DNA of 64,000 nucleotides from a virus: positions 1-64,000 of IMG/VR virus record IMGVR_UViG_3300023184_000037, one strand, 5' to 3'. A model generated the notes under the pieces. It was given only the letters and a program-made list of their open reading frames with translations. It searched no databases and was not told the origin of the DNA. Positions 57,732-64,000 of this stretch are shown here, one piece after another; the first letter of the stretch is position 1; every line of letters begins with the position of its first letter. The position numbers and the translations under genes were made by a program.

Positions 57732-60101
57732 ATGGCTATTAATATAAAAGAACTTTTTGTAACCGACCTGAATCCAAACAGTAGCTTCTGGTGGTCTAGA
57801 GACAAGGTCGATAAGATTAATTATAATTTCGACCAGCTTTCAAATGGAGGAACACCAGGACCTCAGGGTACTATTGGGGTAGATGGTGGGTTTGGTCCTG
57901 TCGGTACTCAAGGTTATCAAGGATTTAAAGGTCCTCAAGGTTTTCAAGGGTTTCAAGGAGCAGAGAGTTTAAATGACTGGGTTCTTTTCCCTGAAGCGGA
58001 TGGTTTACCAGGATATTTATACCCTAGAAAAAACCCCGTAACTCTTAGTCAGGTCGTACCGGTTGCGTTAAGAATCGGGTACATAAACAATCCTTCATTA
58101 GACAGTGAATATGGAATTGGAGCTAGTGCTTTAGATTCTCCTTCTCAAGTTGTAAAAGTTCATGTTAATGGGTGGTCTAACTTAAGAGTTGAGGAAAACA
58201 ATAATGTAAATGGTTATAATTTTAGTTTTAGAAAATCTTTAGTGGGCAATAAACCGGTATTTACAATTTTTCCGGGTATTACTGATTCTAGATTTAAAAT
58301 TATTTGGACAGCTAAAACTACAGTTTTTAAGACAGGTATTACCTCATTTGTAGATGCTATTAAAATTACAGATTCTCAAATTACTATTAATACAGGAGGT
58401 TCTACCGGGCCTGAATTCACCCTAAGTAATAACTCTGGAAATATTACAAAATCTGAAAATCAATTTAGATTTACACCAAATGCTGCTATCGATAAAGTTC
58501 TTGTATCGACTGATGGATTTGGAAACGTTGAATGGAAAGATGTTAAAGAAGTTTTTGGTACATTTCCAATTGGTTCAATAATTTCGATTAGACCTTCTGA
58601 TTTTGTTACAGCTAATTTTTGGTTAGATGACTCAATTTCTGCAACTTTAGGTTCTCCATTAAATAATATTTATGGTCGAGGAAAGCTTGGAACTGATTAT
58701 GAAGGATGGTACCTTTGTAATGGAGAGACATGGGAAACGGAGCAAGGGTTTAACCAAACGCTAACCCCAAACCTAAACAATTTTACATATACAATAGATG
58801 CAAATGGGGATGCTCAATATGCAGTTACTTCGTTAGGAGCTGATGCAACACCAATAATTCTTGGAGGATATGACATGAGAATCACTGCGATTCCTAATTC
58901 TGCCGGAGTATATGATGTAGGTTATACAACATCATTCTCCAATAATGACACTTCTCCCGGAAATAATACTATTAATATGGGTATTTCAGGTTCACATTAT
59001 ACAAGTCGAATGATTCATATAGTCTATTTAGGATTAACAAACCTAAAATGGACAAATTCTGGAAGCAATATAATAGTTCCGCCACCTACTACTAATACAA
59101 TAACGTTAACGGCACCTTTACCTTCAAGCACTCTATGTAGTTCTCCGGTAACAACTAATTATAGTTGGACTGGAAATAATGATTGGAACACTTTTGCAAT
59201 TCCTTCAACTTATAAATTATTTAATTTTGGAACAACTACTTATGCGCCTTCTGGATGGTATATTAATGCAGATGGTTATCCAATTAATTGGAATAGTGTG
59301 TCTGGTTCATTTATAAGTAGAGGAATTACTTGTCCACCACAGCCAACGTATACTCCAAATCTTAGATATAGTCTATTAGTAGATGACTTAAATGGACCAT
59401 TGCCTAGTACGGGCGGTGGAGATATTTATCTTGATATGAGCAACCCTACGGGTCTTGTAACATCCCTAGATCAGGCAACAAGTTTATCCTGGTCTGATGA
59501 CCAAACCACATATCCGACAGGTACTCTAGCAGATGCGGGTTGGTATCGAGATATTAATACAGGAGTTAGAAGATACTGGAATGGAATCGGTCAATTTGAA
59601 GGAGCATCATTTACTCAAGATTGGGTTAACAGAGTTTATTTTAATTTTGGAGGTAACGGAGGTGTTATCGACGATCCAGGTTATAACAATGCAAGTTCTA
59701 CAGGTGGTTCACTTGGAACACCAGTATGCAGTGTACCACAGACAAAGCATGTAACCTATGTCGCAGGAGATGCAATTTTAGTTACCCCGGTAGTTGGGCA
59801 ATCACAAAATATTAGAGATTACCAAAATAATCTTGGGGTTTATGTAACCGGTTCGTATCCTGGAACGGCTTTTGGAACTGCTCTATATGTTCCACTTGCA
59901 TGGGAAGTACCTTTGTATGATTTTCTTAATCAAGATATTGCAAACACTCCGCCTCTAATAAATGTGGCAGATCAGTATAAACCTGGTTCAACTACCCTAA
60001 AATATAGTAAAGTATATCTAGATAATGATTATTGGGCTAGTATAACACAAACTGCTGGTTTAACGCATGGTAAAATAGGTACTACTCTAGGAAGTTGCTA
60101 G
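57732..60101 (+). CDS. tail fibre protein with collagen-like repeat and collar domain
   Basis: KINYNFDQL, (Gxy)n GFQG repeats, FPIGSI...GWYLCNG...PNL. Confidence 0.8.
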   Translation: MAINIKELFVTDLNPNSSFWWSRDKVDKINYNFDQLSNGGTPGPQGTIGVDGGFGPVGTQGYQGFKGPQGFQGFQGAESLNDWVLFPEADGLPGYLYPRKNPVTLSQVVPVALRIGYINNPSLDSEYGIGASALDSPSQVVKVHVNGWSNLRVEENNNVNGYNFSFRKSLVGNKPVFTIFPGITDSRFKIIWTAKTTVFKTGITSFVDAIKITDSQITINTGGSTGPEFTLSNNSGNITKSENQFRFTPNAAIDKVLVSTDGFGNVEWKDVKEVFGTFPIGSIISIRPSDFVTANFWLDDSISATLGSPLNNIYGRGKLGTDYEGWYLCNGETWETEQGFNQTLTPNLNNFTYTIDANGDAQYAVTSLGADATPIILGGYDMRITAIPNSAGVYDVGYTTSFSNNDTSPGNNTINMGISGSHYTSRMIHIVYLGLTNLKWTNSGSNIIVPPPTTNTITLTAPLPSSTLCSSPVTTNYSWTGNNDWNTFAIPSTYKLFNFGTTTYAPSGWYINADGYPINWNSVSGSFISRGITCPPQPTYTPNLRYSLLVDDLNGPLPSTGGGDIYLDMSNPTGLVTSLDQATSLSWSDDQTTYPTGTLADAGWYRDINTGVRRYWNGIGQFEGASFTQDWVNRVYFNFGGNGGVIDDPGYNNASSTGGSLGTPVCSVPQTKHVTYVAGDAILVTPVVGQSQNIRDYQNNLGVYVTGSYPGTAFGTALYVPLAWEVPLYDFLNQDIANTPPLINVADQYKPGSTTLKYSKVYLDNDYWASITQTAGLTHGKIGTTLGSC

Positions 60102-60128
60102 TCAGAATTAAAATAATATATAGTCTAT

Positions 60129-61529
60129 ATGACAATTAACCTAAAACAGATAAGAGTATTTGATACTGATAATATCAAACTTGACAAAATTAATTATAAT
60201 TTTGATCAGTTAGTTGTCAATGGTGGAGGTCCTAAAGGTTACAATGGACCTGATGGAAATACAGGACCTCAAGGATTTCAAGGAGTTCAGGGATATCAAG
60301 GACCTCGAGGAGTTCAAGGTGTTCAAGGACCAAGTGCATCTTCGGCTACTACATATTGGGATGCTGTTCCCCAAGATTTAAGCTCAACAGGATTTGCAGC
60401 TACCCTGTTTTCAAAACATCCGGATGCTGCTGATATATTAGCATCATATGCAACTGCAATACCAATCATCCCCGCGGTTGTTGGGTCTGGTTATGTGCTT
60501 GGAGATAATGGGTATCAAGGTCAACAATCAAATACAAGTGGTTTACCAAAATATCAATGGGTTGTTAATCGAAGACGAGATAAAGTTGATAGTAATATAA
60601 GGTTCACTAGCATTGATGTTATAGGTAATGCATTTGATATTACGATGGATAATTATAATCCAGTATCTGCATCTACAACATACAGACTAAACCTAGGTTT
60701 TATTGAAAATAATTTAAAAAATACCCAATTAAACCTAATTTCTAAAGAACATGTAATTACAAGCGCAACTACTGGTCTACCTCTACTAGGAGTATCGACA
60801 TCTGGAGGAGAAATTAATGTAGATTCACTTTTTAAAAGTAAGGTAACTTTTAATCAAAAACTGAAAATATCTGATAATTCACCTGCACTAAATAAAATAG
60901 TAACTGCCGTTGATAATACGGGACTTGTAACCTATAAAACAACGGATGATCTGGGCGGTAGTGTTAAAATTGGTACTACAATTTCTATATTGCCTTCAAT
61001 ATTTAGCAATCCTGCAAATTTTATCGATTATCAATCAATAGACACTTCGACTAATCCTAATGTACCGATACAAATAAAAATAGGAGCAGGTATTGGAGAT
61101 TATGCAGGTTGGTATGTATGTAATGGGCAAGAATGGAAAGACGGTGGTGCGGTTGCATTTACAGTTCCAGACCTTAATTCATATTCTTTTCAAATAGTAA
61201 GAAATACAATTTCAACAGATCCAAATAAACAAGGTAATGTTAATGTGATTAATGATGAAGTTCAAATACTAGGAGGAGCAGGTATTAACGTAAATGCTAA
61301 TCAAGTTGGAACAGTTACTGCGCAATATGATGTCGGTACTCAAGGGTATTCGGTAGATACGGATCTTGTATCAAATCCTGGTGGAAATGTGTTTAAAATT
61401 AAAAAACTACCTCAAATAATTTATTTAGGGGCTAATAATCTGTACTGGTCGCAACCAGGAACTGGTCAATTAATAGCGGGTGATTTTAATGCATCTGACT
61501 TTAACATTGCAGATTTTAACGCATCTTAA
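60129..61529 (+). CDS. tail fibre protein with collagen-like repeat and collar domain
   Basis: Paralog of 57732: KINYNFDQL, GxQG repeats, GWYVCNG...VPDL. Confidence 0.8.
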   Translation: MTINLKQIRVFDTDNIKLDKINYNFDQLVVNGGGPKGYNGPDGNTGPQGFQGVQGYQGPRGVQGVQGPSASSATTYWDAVPQDLSSTGFAATLFSKHPDAADILASYATAIPIIPAVVGSGYVLGDNGYQGQQSNTSGLPKYQWVVNRRRDKVDSNIRFTSIDVIGNAFDITMDNYNPVSASTTYRLNLGFIENNLKNTQLNLISKEHVITSATTGLPLLGVSTSGGEINVDSLFKSKVTFNQKLKISDNSPALNKIVTAVDNTGLVTYKTTDDLGGSVKIGTTISILPSIFSNPANFIDYQSIDTSTNPNVPIQIKIGAGIGDYAGWYVCNGQEWKDGGAVAFTVPDLNSYSFQIVRNTISTDPNKQGNVNVINDEVQILGGAGINVNANQVGTVTAQYDVGTQGYSVDTDLVSNPGGNVFKIKKLPQIIYLGANNLYWSQPGTGQLIAGDFNASDFNIADFNAS

Positions 61530-61554
61530 TAATTAAAAATAAAAATATAAAAAC

Positions 61555-62217
61555 ATGGCAACATACACTTCAGTAAATAACCTAATTCAAACTTTATTGG
61601 GAACTGGAACTGATATTACAGCGGTTGAATTACAAACGGTTCAACAAGAGCTATTAAATTATACAAGGGACCAATGGTTAACCGGAGATATAAAAGAAAT
61701 CGATTGTAATGACGCATATATTGCAGCTAATTTTGAAACATCAGGACCTACAAAAGGACGTGGAATAGTAGGAGGAGAAAGAGAGGGATGGGCAATATGT
61801 AATGGTTTAAATGGAACAAAAAACCGAACAGGTTTAGTTTCTGTAGCTTATGGTACTATAGCTCCTACAATAGGCTCAAACGCATATCCAAGTATGGAAA
61901 GTTCTTTATCACCCGGATCACCTAATTATGGAGGTAATAAAAACGCAGTGTTAATTGCACATAAGCATGATTCTGTTGTATTTGGACCAGGTGCTAGCAA
62001 TAAAACATTATGTAATACTTCTGGAACTGGAACAACTCAACCAGCCGGAACGTATCACATGAACACAACTACTCAAAACAATACAGCTCCAGCAAACCAA
62101 ACATCTACAAAAGGAATAACATCAGTTGGTAATATATTTAATGACGATCCAAACCAGACTGGTCTTAATGCAAATATGCAACCCTACATAGTTACTCTGT
62201 TTATCCAAAAATTATAA
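61555..62217 (+). CDS. short tail-fibre/collar domain protein
   Basis: GWAICNG, HKH, C-terminal NMQPYIVTLFIQKL. Confidence 0.75.
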   Translation: MATYTSVNNLIQTLLGTGTDITAVELQTVQQELLNYTRDQWLTGDIKEIDCNDAYIAANFETSGPTKGRGIVGGEREGWAICNGLNGTKNRTGLVSVAYGTIAPTIGSNAYPSMESSLSPGSPNYGGNKNAVLIAHKHDSVVFGPGASNKTLCNTSGTGTTQPAGTYHMNTTTQNNTAPANQTSTKGITSVGNIFNDDPNQTGLNANMQPYIVTLFIQKL

Positions 62218-62266
62218 TAGGTATACTCTCTAAAAATTAGAATATATAATCTAAATATAGATAGGT

Positions 62267-64000
62267 ATGCCAATTACTCTTAAACATATAAACCACACGG
62301 ATTCTGCTTCAATTAAACTGGCTAAAGTTAATTATAACTTTGACCAGTTGGTTGCAAATGGAGGTGGACCTATGGGACCTCAAGGTGCCCTTGGACAGAC
62401 AGGACCTCAAGGTACTACTGGACAGATGGGATTCCAAGGACCTATTGGAGATGAAGGATTTCAAGGACCTGATGGTCCTGCTACTGGTAACTTTTGGAAT
62501 AAATTGCCGGCTTCTACAATTGATGTTGAAACACTGAATCCAATCTCTAATGCGGTAGACCAGTTTGCACCCGTTGTAAATATTGGTTATATTGACCAAG
62601 ACCCTGAATATGGAGCAACCGCAAAATTACCACTAGTAGGAGGAAAAACACCCTTTCAATGGAGAATTAATAGAAGATCGAATGCATCTAACAATTTAAC
62701 ATTTTTAAATTCAGAATCGGCAATTTCCGGAAATGCATATAATTTTAGACTAGAAAGCATAGGAAATGCTGCGCACATGTCGATGGGATTTCTTCAATAC
62801 ACAGATTCATATAGTGAATATACTGCAGGTACTACAAGTTTTAGAGGTTCTATTACATCAACTGAAAGTTTTACGATCAACGATACTGTAGCTACATTTT
62901 ATAAAGATACTGTATTTGATTCTCCAGCGGTTATCAAAGAAAATTTAATTATTCAAGATTCAACTGCGGGTACTGATAAAATTGCAATCTCTAGCAATAA
63001 TAATGGATTGGTAAAGTTTAAAAGCGTACAAGAACTTGGAGGTACAGTTCCATTTGGTACTATTGTTTCAATATTACCTTCAATATTTGCAGATAACACT
63101 AAGTTTATTAATACTGAAACAATAAATCAAGGAGATACAAGTCCAATTAATATAACAGCAGGTAAAGGAGTAGGAAATTATGAAGGATGGTATCTTTGTA
63201 ATGGACAACAATGGACGGACGGTGTAATGACCGGACCTGCTCTTGTAAATTACAATGTTCCAATGCTTGGAAATTTTAACTATAATATACAAGATAATAA
63301 TCTATCGACAAATCCATTTAGTCAGGGATCCGCAGTTTCTTCAAATTTTAGAACCCATATTACGGGAGGTTCAGATATAGGAATGGATGTTAATTTAGTG
63401 TCTGGTTTATCTTATACGGTTACTTCAACTGTTAGTACTTCAACTGTTCAAGTAGGTCCTAGTACTACTGGAACAACATATAAACTTAAACAACTGCCTC
63501 AAATAATTTATTTAGGTAGAAACGATTTATATTGGCAACAGCCTGGAACAAATCAAAATCCACCTGTACCATTAACAATATTATTAGACGACGCAAATAA
63601 TGGAGCTAATAAATTAAATCCAGATCCGTATCCGGTTGCTACTATAACTAACCGACCTGCAGGAGCTTCTTATTCTTTTGGAACATCGGTCACTGCTCCT
63701 GCTGGTTATTATTGGTCTACTGCGCCAAGTATTGGATCGATTACTGGATTACCGGGATATATGACAATCACAGGAATAACCTTGGGTTCTGGAACATATC
63801 CAAATATTATAATGATTATGTTTAGTATAAGTTCACATCCATCGTCTATAGCAAATGTAACTTTAGGTATTAATACAAGTACACTAACTACTTTGGCTAC
63901 GGTGCCAATAACACTTATAAGACATGATAATAGTTATGGTACCAGCCCTACTCAATATTATACATGTTCAACTCCAAGCACAACTGTTGTAAATTATAAT
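62267..64000 (+). CDS. tail fibre protein with collagen-like repeat (partial, runs off the window)
   Basis: Read manually: MPITLKHINHTDSASIKLAKVNYNFDQLVANGGGPMGPQG...; GWYLCNG near 63186; absent from the track because it has no stop in the window. Confidence 0.85.
   Translation, partial: MPITLKHINHTDSASIKLAKVNYNFDQLVANGGGPMGPQGALGQTGPQGTTGQMGFQGPIGDEGFQGPDGPATGNFWNKLPASTIDVETLNPISNAVDQFAPVVNIGYIDQDPEYGATAKLPLVGGKTPFQWRINRRSNASNNLTFLNSESAISGNAYNFRLESIGNAAHMSMGFLQYTDSYSEYTAGTTSFRGSITSTESFTINDTVATFYKDTVFDSPAVIKENLIIQDSTAGTDKIAISSNNNGLVKFKSVQELGGTVPFGTIVSILPSIFADNTKFINTETINQGDTSPINITAGKGVGNYEGWYLCNGQQWTDGVMTGPALVNYNVPMLGNFNYNIQDNNLSTNPFSQGSAVSSNFRTHITGGSDIGMDVNLVSGLSYTVTSTVSTSTVQVGPSTTGTTYKLKQLPQIIYLGRNDLYWQQPGTNQNPPVPLTILLDDANNGANKLNPDPYPVATITNRPAGASYSFGTSVTAPAGYYWSTAPSIGSITGLPGYMTITGITLGSGTYPNIIMIMFSISSHPSSIANVTLGINTSTLTTLATVPITLIRHDNSYGTSPTQYYTCSTPSTTVVNYN

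Noticed and set aside
10282-63292. Numerous short minus-strand and alternate-frame ORFs nested in long + strand genes
   Set aside because: Shadow ORFs fully overlapping well-supported genes
1-64000. Stop-codon reassignment as in some huge phages
   Set aside because: Long genes are intact in code 11, and TAG/TGA occur at plausible gene ends (e.g. 14685, 28178, 39084, 60101)

Overview
AT-rich, densely coded segment of a large (jumbo/huge) T4-like myovirus genome in standard genetic code. The host is probably Bacteroidota/Flavobacteriia, inferred from the N-termini of ClpP and ribosomal protein S1, a LETM1-like protein, an SprB-like motif and A-rich, Shine-Dalgarno-free gene starts. Layout: (1) 1-10 kb: small proteins with a capsid-targeting-like N-terminus, then an island of putative early genes (RadA/Sms-like ATPase, DUF932-like) bracketed by two GC-rich non-coding blocks, the right one holding a phased CAAT(G) array. 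(2) 10-28 kb: host-takeover and nucleotide genes, including an N-domain-less ClpC, ClpP, DnaJ, four small proteins with a shared C-terminal UVR-like 'E.YEKC' motif, a T4 gp42-like dCMP hydroxymethylase, a double glycosyltransferase, a 3'-5' exonuclease, PhoH, RNase HII, UvdE and dCMP deaminase. (3) 28-64 kb: baseplate, neck and tail-fibre module, with ribosomal protein S1 and an amidoligase embedded in it. Best candidate for an undescribed system: a phage-encoded ClpCP protease lacking its N-domain plus a family of stand-alone UVR-motif proteins that may be swappable substrate adaptors. Two fixed-spacing promoter-like motif classes are visible directly in the sequence. No tRNA, rRNA or CRISPR array was recognised. 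All product calls come from motif recognition by eye; no database searches were run.
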